Shown here piece by piece: positions 35,639 through 45,794 of a stretch of DNA of 64,000 nucleotides. The stretch lies in the IMG/VR virus record IMGVR_UViG_3300044630_003672; one strand, given 5' to 3'. Source of the DNA: a virus. Lineage: Duplodnaviria > Heunggongvirae > Uroviricota > Caudoviricetes. Each line of letters begins with the position of its first letter. Within the stretch, counting starts at the first letter, position 1. The notes under the pieces were generated by a model. It had not been told where the DNA came from and made no database searches. It saw only the letters and a program-made list of their open reading frames with translations. The translations under genes and the position numbers were made by a program.

Positions 35639-35672
35639 TTTGGTAGTTTCATGCCTTTTTTGTAGTTTTACG
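35639..35672 (+). promoter_or_regulatory. Class-2 promoter
   Basis: 'CCCCTAAAATATTTGGTAG-N19-TAGTTTTACGATGTAATAAAA'. Confidence 0.55.
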
Positions 35673-35693
35673 ATGTAATAAAACTTAAAAATT

Positions 35694-36224
35694 ATGGCTA
35701 CAAGCAATTTCCACAATGTAAACGCTACCCACATTTTCGCGTGTTCATTAGAGAACGAATGGGATTATGAAGATTTAGTAGATAATCTTACTTATGAATT
35801 TAAAAACCACGCCGATTGGTACGATGGTAACAAAAGTGACCCGCACGAATGTAGAAGTTTTCCTTCACGTGTTTTGGGTTCATTAACAAAAGAGTTTTCA
35901 TACAACGATTTCAGTTTAGAAGTTTGGGTTTCACCTGTTATTCGTAGTGGTTACTATGAAGGTGTGAATTTGGATTGGAACGCTCATTATTTTATCAATG
36001 GTGATGAATATGAGATTGGTGAATTAGAAAATGGTATTGGATACAATACAGCTTTATCAAATTCTAAAATCAAAGCTTACGCTTTATTGGCTGAGAAAAA
36101 AGCTGAGAAGTTAAGGAATGAATTAGTTGAAGTAACTGAAAATATATTCAAAGATTATTCTATGAAGTTAGGAGTTACCGCTAGATTCTCTAATGGTGAA
36201 ACAATTTATCATAAAGTTGCCTAA
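35694..36224 (+). CDS. hypothetical protein
   Basis: 176 aa. Confidence 0.5.
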   Translation: MATSNFHNVNATHIFACSLENEWDYEDLVDNLTYEFKNHADWYDGNKSDPHECRSFPSRVLGSLTKEFSYNDFSLEVWVSPVIRSGYYEGVNLDWNAHYFINGDEYEIGELENGIGYNTALSNSKIKAYALLAEKKAEKLRNELVEVTENIFKDYSMKLGVTARFSNGETIYHKVA

Positions 36225-36225
36225 T

Positions 36226-36393
36226 ATGAATTACAAAACAACACATGATATTGAAATAGTATCACAGTCAGGTGATAAGATTATAATTAAAGGATTGAGT
36301 TATTCGACTATTATGATAATAGCAAATAGTAATCCTGAATTAAAATCAATCACAATTACAAAACAATACGAAAAGAAAATTAGTAAATATTAA
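36226..36393 (+). CDS. hypothetical protein
   Basis: Start adjusted to the Met that follows the upstream stop. Confidence 0.35.
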   Translation: MNYKTTHDIEIVSQSGDKIIIKGLSYSTIMIIANSNPELKSITITKQYEKKISKY

Positions 36394-36396
36394 GTT

Positions 36397-36609
36397 ATGA
36401 ATAAGATAGAAGAATTAAAATCGGTTATTGGGAAAGATACTTCTCAAAATCAATCACCAACTTGTAGAGCAAGATTGGTTAAAGTAAACAAAGTGAATTC
36501 AACATTTGAATCAGTTCCATCACCTTACAATAAGTTTCCTAAACCGGAGTTTGTTGGTGTTAAGTACAAAGTACCGAATTGGATTGCTTGGAATAGTTTC
36601 TTTTATTAA
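36397..36609 (+). CDS. hypothetical protein
   Basis: 70 aa. Confidence 0.4.
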   Translation: MNKIEELKSVIGKDTSQNQSPTCRARLVKVNKVNSTFESVPSPYNKFPKPEFVGVKYKVPNWIAWNSFFY

Positions 36610-36626
36610 TCGTTAAAAATTAAGTT

Positions 36627-36842
36627 ATGATAAAAAGTAAAAAACAAAGTTTAGGAATTGAAATTGATTTGACGGGACCTGATGGTAACGCGTTTATGTT
36701 AATTGGTAGAGCTAGTAATTTGGCTAAACAATTGGGATTAGATAGTAAAGCTATCCAAGCCGAAATGATGAAAGGTGACTATGAACATTTAGTAGCAACC
36801 TTTGATAAACACTTCGGACATTTTGTAACCCTATATAGATAA
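36627..36842 (+). CDS. hypothetical protein
   Basis: 71 aa. Confidence 0.4.
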   Translation: MIKSKKQSLGIEIDLTGPDGNAFMLIGRASNLAKQLGLDSKAIQAEMMKGDYEHLVATFDKHFGHFVTLYR

Positions 36843-36846
36843 TACA

Positions 36847-37188
36847 ATGAGAAGATTTCGTTCACACTTTCCACCGGTATCCTTTCAAGGTATATTCAGT
36901 AAACAATGGTATATCATATGTAGTTCCGCTGGTGATGGTTGGGTAAAAGTAGATAGAAGTTATAGATGGGATGAGTTGGAAAAACTTTGGGATAAAATTG
37001 AGTATGGTGTTAAAGATAAAGTAAAACCTGTTAAGAAAGAACGTAAGGAATACGAAGTAGCAGGTAGTAAAGGTAATACCTACAAAGTGATAAATGATGA
37101 AGGTGTTTGGAATTGTAGTTGTCCTGCGCATAGTTTCGGACGTGGTAAAGATTGTAAACATATTATATTAATAAAAAATAAAAAGTAA
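36847..37188 (+). CDS. SWIM-type zinc-finger protein
   Basis: 'CSCPAHSFGRGKDCKHI' fits the CxCx(n)CxH SWIM motif. Confidence 0.55.
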   Translation: MRRFRSHFPPVSFQGIFSKQWYIICSSAGDGWVKVDRSYRWDELEKLWDKIEYGVKDKVKPVKKERKEYEVAGSKGNTYKVINDEGVWNCSCPAHSFGRGKDCKHIILIKNKK

Positions 37189-37191
37189 GTT

Positions 37192-37638
37192 ATGGGATTT
37201 TTTAGTTGGAAAACGCAAGATACCGATAAGAGTATCGCTAACAAATATTCTATTCGTAGAACGTTTAGAGTACAAATGATGGATAACAAAGGTAATGTAT
37301 GGACCGAAGATGATTACGATGGTTATGGTGTATTTGGTGGTAAGGATTATTATGAATTACTTGCTGAAATGAATGGAGTAACATCGGTTTATGAGGGTGG
37401 TGAAAAATATACCTTTGATATGAGACAAGAGGGTATTAGTTTAGCATTTGGTAAAAACAATGGCAGTGGAGTTGGAACGGATGGTGTGTACTATCCTAAT
37501 TTAGTGGAGCAAGCTGATGGTTGGGTTTATCAAATGAGTGGACCTGATAGTTGTGATGAGCAGGGATTCTTTTATGGTGATGATGATGAAGATGAGAATA
37601 ATGATATGTGGGATGATGAAGAAGATTATGAATCATAA
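37192..37638 (+). CDS. hypothetical protein with an acidic C-terminal tail
   Basis: 'GDDDEDENNDMWDDEEDYES'. Confidence 0.5.
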   Translation: MGFFSWKTQDTDKSIANKYSIRRTFRVQMMDNKGNVWTEDDYDGYGVFGGKDYYELLAEMNGVTSVYEGGEKYTFDMRQEGISLAFGKNNGSGVGTDGVYYPNLVEQADGWVYQMSGPDSCDEQGFFYGDDDEDENNDMWDDEEDYES

Positions 37639-37676
37639 AAATAAATTATTAATAAACAAAAATAAAAATTAAAGTT

Positions 37677-38135
37677 ATGGGATTAGACATGTATTTGTAC
37701 AAAAAGAATTACATTTGGCAAGGTGAATGGGTAAAGCCGGAAATTAAGCAAGAAGTTCTTGTAAAGAAAGGTGGTGATGTAGATACCACAATTAAACCTA
37801 ATAGGGTTAAGTATGTAGTTGAGGAAGTTGGTTATTGGAGAAAAGCTAATCAAATTCACAATTGGTTTGTTGACAATGTGCAGGATGGTAAAGATGAGTG
37901 TCAAGAATCTTATGTGAGTAGAGAGAAGTTAGAAGAATTGCTTGGGATATGTAGGATTGTAAAGATTGATAAAAGAAAAGCTGAACAATTGTTACCTACA
38001 CAAAGCGGTTTCTTTTTTGGTAGTACTGGATACGATGAGTATTACTACCAAGATATTGATAACACAATTGAAATTTTAGAAGAAGCGCTTAGTGATGAAT
38101 CGGCTGACGATTTCGCATATAGGGCAAGTTGGTAA
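37677..38135 (+). CDS. hypothetical protein
   Basis: 152 aa. Confidence 0.5.
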   Translation: MGLDMYLYKKNYIWQGEWVKPEIKQEVLVKKGGDVDTTIKPNRVKYVVEEVGYWRKANQIHNWFVDNVQDGKDECQESYVSREKLEELLGICRIVKIDKRKAEQLLPTQSGFFFGSTGYDEYYYQDIDNTIEILEEALSDESADDFAYRASW

Positions 38136-38154
38136 ACAAATTAAATTATAAGTT

Positions 38155-38646
38155 ATGGGAGTTGATATTTCAGGCAGAAAGCCTACAACAAACGAAGGTG
38201 ATTATTTTAGGGCTAATTGGTGGGGTTGGAGACCTATCAATTACATTTGCCAATTAGCAGCTGAACAATCAAAGTTAAAGATTGATTTCTCTTATTGGGG
38301 TTCAAACGATGGTAAAGGATTGAGAACACAAAAGCAATGTGATAAGTTGGCAGATGCTATTGAACTACTTATATCTAATAGTGCCACTTACAATGAATAT
38401 ATGGTTGATAATGATGACCGTATTCAAATAGTATTGGGTGCTTGGTGCGAAGCCGGTACTGGTAAATTTATTGGTTCTGAAAAGGAAACCGAATTAAATC
38501 AGCAGTATGAGTATGGTAGTATCCTTTTTAGTTCGGTTGTAACTAAAGATGGTATGGTAGTAGAATCGGCACATAGTACATCATTAGGTAGAATAAAAGA
38601 GTTCGTTACGTTCTTGAGAGGATGTGGTGGATTTGAAATTTGGTAA
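38155..38646 (+). CDS. hypothetical protein
   Basis: 163 aa. Confidence 0.5.
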   Translation: MGVDISGRKPTTNEGDYFRANWWGWRPINYICQLAAEQSKLKIDFSYWGSNDGKGLRTQKQCDKLADAIELLISNSATYNEYMVDNDDRIQIVLGAWCEAGTGKFIGSEKETELNQQYEYGSILFSSVVTKDGMVVESAHSTSLGRIKEFVTFLRGCGGFEIW

Positions 38647-38649
38647 GTT

Positions 38650-39069
38650 ATGGGAAAAGTATTTGAAAGTGAATTTCATAAAGGAGTGATTGTAGCGGTT
38701 GTTGATAAGGGTGATTATCAATATCAACAACTCGCACCACTATTCAATGAGTATGGTTATGGGTTTGTAGCACCTGACCAAAAGTTGATATTCATTGATG
38801 GTGACCAATCTGCTTCAACACAAAAGATAGTAGAGGCACATGAAGTTGGGCATATAGTATTCAATCATACGGGTATTAAAGGTCCAAATGATGAAGCTGA
38901 AGCTGATAGTTGGGCAATTCTAACTTTAAGAAAGTATGGATATTCGGTAGAAGCTGATAAGTTGATTATTGAATTCAGAAAAAGACATGGTTATTCATAT
39001 AATCATGCTCAAAACAAAAGAAACAAAATAAAAGTATTGAGTACGATTTTTGTGAATCAAATAGTATAG
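38650..39069 (+). CDS. HExxH-motif protein (ImmA/IrrE-like metallopeptidase motif)
   Basis: 'IVEAHEVGHIVFNH'. Confidence 0.45.
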   Translation: MGKVFESEFHKGVIVAVVDKGDYQYQQLAPLFNEYGYGFVAPDQKLIFIDGDQSASTQKIVEAHEVGHIVFNHTGIKGPNDEAEADSWAILTLRKYGYSVEADKLIIEFRKRHGYSYNHAQNKRNKIKVLSTIFVNQIV

Positions 39070-39070
39070 A

Positions 39071-39104
39071 TTTGGTAGATTCAAAATAATTTCGTATATT
39101 TGTA
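39071..39104 (+). promoter_or_regulatory. Bacteroidota-type promoter
   Basis: 'GATTTGGTAGATTCAAAATAATTTCGTATATTTGTAA' followed by 'AAACCCCTTAATATG'. Confidence 0.65.
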
Positions 39105-39117
39105 AAAACCCCTTAAT

Positions 39118-39738
39118 ATGAAACGTTATACAAAAAATGATAAAGCATTCATTCAGTTCGTAAAGGATGAGTGTAAACGCTTGGGTGTAAAGAACCACAT
39201 TAAAGATGTGGCTTATGTAAAGTTATCACCTACAATTAGATGTAGTGGATACTTTGATGAGGCGGATCCTGAAAAAGGTGCTATACTGGCAGCTTCAATG
39301 GGTAAGCCGGATGGATTGGAAATATTGGTTCACGAATATTGTCACCTTACACAATGGCAAGATGGATTTCATTTGTGGAAAAAAGCAGGTAGAGCATTAC
39401 CTGTTATTGATGAGTGGTTGGAAGGTAAGTACAAAAGACCTCAAACATTGAACAAAGCATTTGAAATTGCTATTGGTTTGGAAAGGGATAATGAGATGAG
39501 AAGTGTACGAATGATTAACGAATGGGGATTGAGTATTGATACCGATAAGTACATTAAGAGAGCTAATGCATATTTGATGTTCTACAATTGGTTAAAACAA
39601 TCTAGAAAATGGAGTAAACCAGGTAACCAGCCATATAACAACAAACGTTTAGTGGCAGCAATGCCGGCTAACTTTAAAATGGATTATAGTAAGTTACCCA
39701 AAAAGTTTGAAAGAATTTATAGGGAAGAAAATATTTAA
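39118..39738 (+). CDS. HExxH-motif protein
   Basis: 'LEILVHEYCHLTQW'. Confidence 0.5.
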   Translation: MKRYTKNDKAFIQFVKDECKRLGVKNHIKDVAYVKLSPTIRCSGYFDEADPEKGAILAASMGKPDGLEILVHEYCHLTQWQDGFHLWKKAGRALPVIDEWLEGKYKRPQTLNKAFEIAIGLERDNEMRSVRMINEWGLSIDTDKYIKRANAYLMFYNWLKQSRKWSKPGNQPYNNKRLVAAMPANFKMDYSKLPKKFERIYREENI

Positions 39739-39739
39739 T

Positions 39740-40084
39740 ATGGGAAAACTAAAAGAAACGTTACTCAATAACTTAACGCCGGAAGAAATGGATGAACGAT
39801 TTGAAATTTCGGCATTTGAATATGTAGAATATATGGAAAATTATAAACAACAAAGTGAACAATTACCCGATGAGGTGGTTGGACAATTAATTCAGGAACA
39901 AACTGAATTGGAAAACGAATTTTATGCTCAATCTGAAATTGATGACATAAACGATAGTATAAAGTTAAAGTACACAGATAACGATATTTTATATGTGTTG
40001 GATGGGTTAGCAGGGCCTGTTTTAACCAGTATGATAATGGGTAAATTGAACGATGTTTGGAATACCAAAAATGGTGTAGAATAA
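39740..40084 (+). CDS. hypothetical acidic protein
   Basis: Start adjusted to Met12, which follows the upstream stop. Confidence 0.45.
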   Translation: MGKLKETLLNNLTPEEMDERFEISAFEYVEYMENYKQQSEQLPDEVVGQLIQEQTELENEFYAQSEIDDINDSIKLKYTDNDILYVLDGLAGPVLTSMIMGKLNDVWNTKNGVE

Positions 40085-40185
40085 CCTATTTTTAACGAAT
40101 CCTGAAGGGTTTCTTGGTGTTGGTAGGGTTAGACATCCTTTATTGGAAAATAACCCCTAAAATTACCTAGAAACCCTTTAATATG

Positions 40186-40256
40186 TAATCCGTTGATTAT
40201 CAATGAGTTACGAATATTTGATTTTATTACCCATAAGTCATTGATTTTCAATGAAC
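40186..40256 (+). repeat. Intergenic repeat block (CGTTGATTATCAATGAGTTACG; CATTGATTTTCAATG)
   Basis: Two TTGAnnnTCAA dyads. Confidence 0.65.
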
Positions 40257-40283
40257 TTTTTTTAAAGATTTTACCCTAAAAAT

Positions 40284-40316
40284 TTGGTGGTCTCAATGTA
40301 ATTTTGTAGTTTTACT
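40284..40316 (+). promoter_or_regulatory. Class-2 promoter
   Basis: 'ACCCTAAAAATTTGGTGG-N18-TAGTTTTACTATGTAATAAAA'. Confidence 0.5.
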
Positions 40317-40336
40317 ATGTAATAAAATTTAAAATT

Positions 40337-40564
40337 ATGATGAATTCTCAAAATCCAATTATCAACCGAATGAATGTTGATAACATTAATGTTCTTCTTG
40401 CCGAACTTCAAAAGTATCCAATCGCTATTCAAAATTGTATTGATGATTTGTGTGATTCGGATAGTTGGTTAAATTTGAAGTACGATACAGTATGTACTTT
40501 GAATGATGTGTTCAAATGTGGATATACCCCAACACAAATTTCTAATTTATTCAATAACAAATAA
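40337..40564 (+). CDS. hypothetical protein
   Basis: 75 aa. Confidence 0.4.
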   Translation: MMNSQNPIINRMNVDNINVLLAELQKYPIAIQNCIDDLCDSDSWLNLKYDTVCTLNDVFKCGYTPTQISNLFNNK

Positions 40565-40579
40565 TTAAAACCCCTTATT

Positions 40580-40939
40580 ATGAGTTTACCTTTCAATTTG
40601 AATTCAGTATTAGCAACCGCTTCTTTGGTAGAAGGGTTCGATGTAGTTAGAAACACTTTCCCGGTTGAGGGAAGATATTCTAAAAGAATTATAACTTACG
40701 CCGATGCGGTGTATGAAGCACTTAATGATGTAGCCGAAGATTACCAAGATTGGCCGAGTGACCAGGGATTTGGTTCATCTGATATGACCTATGTTCGTAA
40801 ATCATTTATTGATACGATGATTAGTTTGGCTAACCTTAATGGTTACTATATGACCGATTTCAAACCTTACTTAAAAGTAGTTGAGTATAACGAAATTGAG
40901 AAGGAAGAATATGACCTTCGTAGAGAGCAAGGAATTTAA
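40580..40939 (+). CDS. hypothetical protein
   Basis: Preceded by 'AAACCCCTTATTATG'. Confidence 0.45.
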   Translation: MSLPFNLNSVLATASLVEGFDVVRNTFPVEGRYSKRIITYADAVYEALNDVAEDYQDWPSDQGFGSSDMTYVRKSFIDTMISLANLNGYYMTDFKPYLKVVEYNEIEKEEYDLRREQGI

Positions 40940-41101
40940 TTAAAATAAAATATAAGATATGAAAAGTATATGGTATAAAAATTGGGAAGGTAAATGGACT
41001 AAATCTGACCTTAAACCTACCAAAGCTAATTTAGAGTATGTTCGTAAGAATTTAGCTCTTAACGGTCAATGTGAAATATTTGTAAAATAAAAAATAAAGT
41101 T

Positions 41102-41338
41102 ATGAATTTATATGAAGTAAATGGATTTTATGGTACCCGAAATAGAGGTACTATTTTTGTATATGAAACAAACAGCGGCAAACGTTGGTATTGTGTAGAA
41201 GGTAGTTGTAATATCAATTGTACCTATGATGAGATTAACGAAGGTTGTAATGTTGAAAGACTTTCGGACATTGATACAATGAGTAGTAGAGATGGAATTT
41301 ATTCAGTAAGAGATTTATACGATTTTGTAATTAGTTAA
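41102..41338 (+). CDS. hypothetical protein
   Basis: 78 aa. Confidence 0.4.
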   Translation: MNLYEVNGFYGTRNRGTIFVYETNSGKRWYCVEGSCNINCTYDEINEGCNVERLSDIDTMSSRDGIYSVRDLYDFVIS

Positions 41339-41348
41339 AAATAAAATT

Positions 41349-41514
41349 ATGGCACAGCCAAAAGCAAGTAATGCAAAAAGTCACTTTTACATTTCACTGT
41401 TTAAAAGTGTATTAAGATTAGGAGCATGTTATTTCCTATTCAATCAACAATTTGGTAATTCAGCAATCACATTTGGATTGGCTGAGATATTAGGAATCAT
41501 TGAAGAATTGTAAA
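41349..41514 (+). CDS. small membrane protein (55 aa)
   Basis: Not in the track; hydrophobic. Confidence 0.3.
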
Positions 41515-41524
41515 CTTTTAGAAA

Positions 41525-41719
41525 ATGAAAAGTACATTAAAGAATCACACTTATCAATGTAAATGTGGAGCACTAACAAAAGAATTGGTTTGGGATAAAG
41601 AACTACCTACCGCGAAGTTTAAATGTATTGAATGTGGAAAGGTACTTAATAGTGATAATTTATTGACGGTAAGTAAAGCTCAGGTGACGAGTATTAGGAC
41701 ACCAACAAAAAATAGATAG
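41525..41719 (+). CDS. zinc-ribbon protein
   Basis: 'CKCG...CIECG'. Confidence 0.4.
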   Translation: MKSTLKNHTYQCKCGALTKELVWDKELPTAKFKCIECGKVLNSDNLLTVSKAQVTSIRTPTKNR

Positions 41720-41720
41720 T

Positions 41721-42440
41721 ATGAAAATAGATTATAAAATAACCGAAGTTAGAGATAGAGTATTCGCTGTAACTATTGAAGATGCCTATGATAGAGCTAT
41801 GACCTTTTGTAGAGTTCAAGAGTTTTATGAATCACCTAACCCTGATTTTAGAGGTAAGCACTTTAACATTTGGGATTATATTGAATGGTATAGCCGTACA
41901 AAGAAAGGTGCTTTTACTTACGCGTTTGATTGGGGTGGGTTTAATATTCCATTGAAAACTGCATGGGAATGTTATGAAGGTAAAGAAAACCGAAACCCAA
42001 AAAATAGTTACAATGGTGTTCGTTCAATGCCTGATACTTGGAAAAGTAAATGGGATGAAACGATGAGCGATATTGTAGGTACTATTGAATTAAAGATGTT
42101 CAATAAAAAGAATACTCGTAACTGGAACGCTTATATTATCGGAGCTAAGGATATGGAAGGTGATACATTTCAGCACGAAGTTGCACATGGTTTGTATTAC
42201 ACTAACAAAGAGTATAAGGAGTTAATGAATGAAATTACTCAAACAATTCCTTTGAAAGATTATACGAAATTCCGTCAAAATTTATTGGATATGGGATATA
42301 CTGAAAGTGTGATTGATGATGAGATTCAAGCATATTTAAGTTGGGGATGGGACTACGCTAAATTTAGTAAGGGTGTGAGTAAAAAACTTTGTAAACAATT
42401 GAATAAAGAGTACCGAAAGGTATTCAGTAGATATTTATAG
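41721..42440 (+). CDS. hypothetical protein with an HExxH motif
   Basis: 'FQHEVAHGLYY'. Confidence 0.5.
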   Translation: MKIDYKITEVRDRVFAVTIEDAYDRAMTFCRVQEFYESPNPDFRGKHFNIWDYIEWYSRTKKGAFTYAFDWGGFNIPLKTAWECYEGKENRNPKNSYNGVRSMPDTWKSKWDETMSDIVGTIELKMFNKKNTRNWNAYIIGAKDMEGDTFQHEVAHGLYYTNKEYKELMNEITQTIPLKDYTKFRQNLLDMGYTESVIDDEIQAYLSWGWDYAKFSKGVSKKLCKQLNKEYRKVFSRYL

Positions 42441-42630
42441 GTATGGATGGATTAACAATTTTATTAGTATGGATTCTTCTAAGCTTTCCTATTGTTAGAC
42501 ATGTTAATAGGAAAATGGAAGAAACGGATGATGAGCTTAGATATAAGACATCATTTCAATTAGTACTATTTATTAGAGCTCAATTTGAAGTACCAAAATG
42601 GTATTTAATTCAGCTCACAAAACTTTTAAA

Positions 42631-43011
42631 ATGAGAAAAAAGAAATTAACCGCAGGTGAAAAAAATATGAGAATAAACGAGCAAAGATTTGCTTTGATTA
42701 TTCTATTATGTAATGTATTGGATAGTGAAAAAGGTGTTAGTGGAAGTATCAAATCTGCTATGTGTGCATCTTTACTCAATATGATGGAAGTTAGTTTTAT
42801 AGATGGTGATGATGAACCACTTGCAAATCTTATCAACAATTCTATTGATAGATTTTGTTTAGAAATTGAGGAAAAGAAGGGTGTTGAAAACTATCGTGCA
42901 CAATTAATGGAAAGTGTAAAAGAAGCTAGAGTATTGGTTGATAAACTAAATGAGAAAGTAAAAAGAATTAAGGATGGTGAAGATATCCTTAAAAATATTT
43001 GTTTAAATTAA
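42631..43011 (+). CDS. hypothetical protein
   Basis: Start adjusted to Met12. Confidence 0.4.
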   Translation: MRKKKLTAGEKNMRINEQRFALIILLCNVLDSEKGVSGSIKSAMCASLLNMMEVSFIDGDDEPLANLINNSIDRFCLEIEEKKGVENYRAQLMESVKEARVLVDKLNEKVKRIKDGEDILKNICLN

Positions 43012-43033
43012 TACTTATATAAAAATAAAAACT

Positions 43034-43297
43034 ATGGAAAAACAAACAGCAAGAATAGTAAATATCGGCTTGGCAGGACAACCAGAACACGCAGTTCTTC
43101 AAATTACTGAAAACTTAAAGTGTGTTCAATTTTCTGAAATTAAGTATGTAAGCGAAAATGAAGGAGCTAATATAAGACAAGTTTCATTAGTTGATGCAGT
43201 TTTAGACCAACCTGAAATTTTGTACATACTTAATGTGTTAAAGCATACGGTTGAAGTTTCTATTAATGAAAACAATGAAGCAACTATTTACTTTTAA
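43034..43297 (+). CDS. hypothetical protein
   Basis: 87 aa. Confidence 0.4.
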   Translation: MEKQTARIVNIGLAGQPEHAVLQITENLKCVQFSEIKYVSENEGANIRQVSLVDAVLDQPEILYILNVLKHTVEVSINENNEATIYF

Positions 43298-43426
43298 TTA
43301 GAAAAAATGTTACGAAAATTAGAATGGTGGTTTGATTACTACTTTGCTTGGATGTTCTATAACGGAATGCAACAAGACCGATATGTACAATATATGAGGG
43401 ATAAATGGCCCGATAAAATAAAAGAT

Positions 43427-43459
43427 TTTGAAAATTAAAATTAATTTCGTATCTTTGTT
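43427..43459 (+). promoter_or_regulatory. Bacteroidota-type promoter
   Basis: 'GATTTTGAAAATTAAAATTAATTTCGTATCTTTGTTA'. Confidence 0.55.
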
Positions 43460-43473
43460 ACAACTAATATGTT

Positions 43474-44235
43474 ATGAGAATTACGCACATTTCGGATACA
43501 CACAATAAGCATAATCAACTTAATGGTAAATTGCCTGGTGGACAACTATTAATCCATTCAGGCGATTTCACGTCTATTGGTAGAAAGCACGAAGTGGAAA
43601 AGTTTATTGAATGGTTTGATAAGCAGGATTATACACACAAAGTGTTTATAGCTGGTAACCACGACCTTACATTTCAAAGTGAACGAATGTACGAAGAAAA
43701 ATCTGCATACTTTGAGAGAAGGGTATTTGATACGCCGGGTAGTGAAGGTAAACCCGATTGGTTAATTGAGTTATTAGATAATTTACCCGATAACGTTTAT
43801 TATTTAGAGAATAGTTCTATTAAGTTAGAAGGTATTAACATTTGGGGTTCACCACATTCACCGTCTTTTGGATATGGGTGGGCATTTAATAAAGATAGGG
43901 GGCATGATATAACACAATGTTGGAATGAAATACCAATGGATACCGATATTGTTATTACACATACTCCAATATACGGATACAATGATAGGGCATCTAATAC
44001 GAATCAAAATGTAGGATGTTCAGATTTATATCACCGATTAAGAGAAGTGCAACCACACTTACATTTTGCGGGACATATACATGAGGCATATGGTTGGAAA
44101 ACTATGGGATTGACTAAGTGGCATGATTTGCATACTTTTAATGGATGTAGTTGCAATTTAAGATATGAGGCTGAAAATAATCCGATTAGCTTCAATTATA
44201 ATTTTGAAACTGGTGAGATTGAATTTTTAATGTAG
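43474..44235 (+). CDS. calcineurin-like metallophosphoesterase
   Basis: Full MPP motif series: 'HISDTH', 'HSGDFT', 'AGNHD', 'ITHTP', 'AGHIHE'. Confidence 0.8.
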   Translation: MRITHISDTHNKHNQLNGKLPGGQLLIHSGDFTSIGRKHEVEKFIEWFDKQDYTHKVFIAGNHDLTFQSERMYEEKSAYFERRVFDTPGSEGKPDWLIELLDNLPDNVYYLENSSIKLEGINIWGSPHSPSFGYGWAFNKDRGHDITQCWNEIPMDTDIVITHTPIYGYNDRASNTNQNVGCSDLYHRLREVQPHLHFAGHIHEAYGWKTMGLTKWHDLHTFNGCSCNLRYEAENNPISFNYNFETGEIEFLM

Positions 44236-44239
44236 AGTT

Positions 44240-44677
44240 ATGAAAAAACAAAAAATAAGATTGTATTTGGATGATATTAGAACTCCAATTGCAGAAGATT
44301 GGACAATTGTCAGAAGTTATGATGACTTTGTAGCACATATTAGATTGAATGGTTTAGAAAATTATGAAGTGATTTCATTAGACCACGATTTAGGTGAACA
44401 AGCTACAGATGAATTTTATAACAATGCACTTCCAAATTACAAATTGAATTACGATAATATAGTAAATGAAAAAACTGGATATGATTGTGCTAAATGGTTG
44501 GTGGCTGAAAGTATGACTAAAAATATACCTTTACCACAAATCTATGTACATTCGGCTAACCCAATTGGTTCAGCTAATATAATGGGGTATGTAAACAATT
44601 ATTTAATGAGTTGTAAGTTACCTCAAACCTGTATAAGAATAAGAGTAGAAAATAAAATAGAAGAAAACAATTTATAA
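44240..44677 (+). CDS. hypothetical protein
   Basis: 145 aa. Confidence 0.45.
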   Translation: MKKQKIRLYLDDIRTPIAEDWTIVRSYDDFVAHIRLNGLENYEVISLDHDLGEQATDEFYNNALPNYKLNYDNIVNEKTGYDCAKWLVAESMTKNIPLPQIYVHSANPIGSANIMGYVNNYLMSCKLPQTCIRIRVENKIEENNL

Positions 44678-44694
44678 AAACAAAAACAAATGTT

Positions 44695-45075
44695 ATGGGA
44701 CTTAAAAAACAATTTTTAGCTAAAATTAAAGAGTATTATCCTGATTTCAATTCAGAAACTTCGGAAGTTGAAATTGAGTTTTGTGGTGGTGGTGATAACT
44801 TTGATTCATTTCATTCAATTCACGTATCCGATTATAAAGACGGAAAGTGGTCAGAGGTAAAAGGTGATTGGGATATGAGTGAAGGCGATGATATTGATTT
44901 CTTATTTGAAATTATTGATGCAACCGGTGTGGTGTATAATTTCAATAATGCCGGTACAACAGGCCGTATTCGTTATGAAGATGGTGAGTTGACTTGTGAA
45001 ACAACTGTATCCGATGATTACTATGGTGAGTTGGAAGAAGATGAAGATGACGATATTGTAGAAACTCAAAACTAA
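44695..45075 (+). CDS. hypothetical acidic protein
   Basis: 126 aa. Confidence 0.45.
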   Translation: MGLKKQFLAKIKEYYPDFNSETSEVEIEFCGGGDNFDSFHSIHVSDYKDGKWSEVKGDWDMSEGDDIDFLFEIIDATGVVYNFNNAGTTGRIRYEDGELTCETTVSDDYYGELEEDEDDDIVETQN

Positions 45076-45081
45076 TTTAAA

Positions 45082-45486
45082 GTGGCAAATCCCTTAAAAC
45101 ATTCTCAATCATCCGTTAAGTTATGGGGTGGCAAGGTAGAAGATTACTTACCACTTCATAACAAAATGGATAGTAGTAAAAAATACTTTTCCGATAATAG
45201 ACATCGTGCATTGACACATAATATGTTTTTTATCTTCGAAGTTATGATACCAATTTTTGGCGAGTATATCCATAATTCAGATGGTAAATTAGTTTCGGTA
45301 AAAGATATATGTGAGTGGCATATATTAGAAGATTTTGGTAAAAAATATATTCCAAACGTATCCGATTATTTGGGTGAGATGGAAATAAAAAGCTGGATGG
45401 CTAACGGCATAGGTGAACCACCGGCTTCACAAAAGAAAATGAAAATGGTAACCGGACGTGTTACTAGAGTTATAAAAATAGATTAA
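45082..45486 (+). CDS. hypothetical protein
   Basis: 134 aa. Confidence 0.45.
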   Translation: MANPLKHSQSSVKLWGGKVEDYLPLHNKMDSSKKYFSDNRHRALTHNMFFIFEVMIPIFGEYIHNSDGKLVSVKDICEWHILEDFGKKYIPNVSDYLGEMEIKSWMANGIGEPPASQKKMKMVTGRVTRVIKID

Positions 45487-45487
45487 T

Positions 45488-45793
45488 ATGACAAAGAAAG
45501 AACGTGAATTATATTTAGGTGGTGGTGCTAATATAAATGTAAAAGCCGCCAAAGTAGTAACTATTCACAATAACTTAAAATTAACTACAATTGGTGATGG
45601 TGCTATTAGTTTAGATGTAAAAATTGAAGCTGACTTTGATAATATTCCTGAAAAATATCAAGAGGTATTCTTGAATATGATGAGTGCTAAATACTTGGAT
45701 ACGGTTTCATTTGGAGATAATCCGTTCTCACAATGTGTACCACCGCCAAAGAAAAAATGGTGGCAGTTTTGGAAAGCTAATGTAAATATTTAA
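45488..45793 (+). CDS. hypothetical protein
   Basis: 101 aa. Confidence 0.45.
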   Translation: MTKKERELYLGGGANINVKAAKVVTIHNNLKLTTIGDGAISLDVKIEADFDNIPEKYQEVFLNMMSAKYLDTVSFGDNPFSQCVPPPKKKWWQFWKANVNI

Positions 45794-45794
45794 T

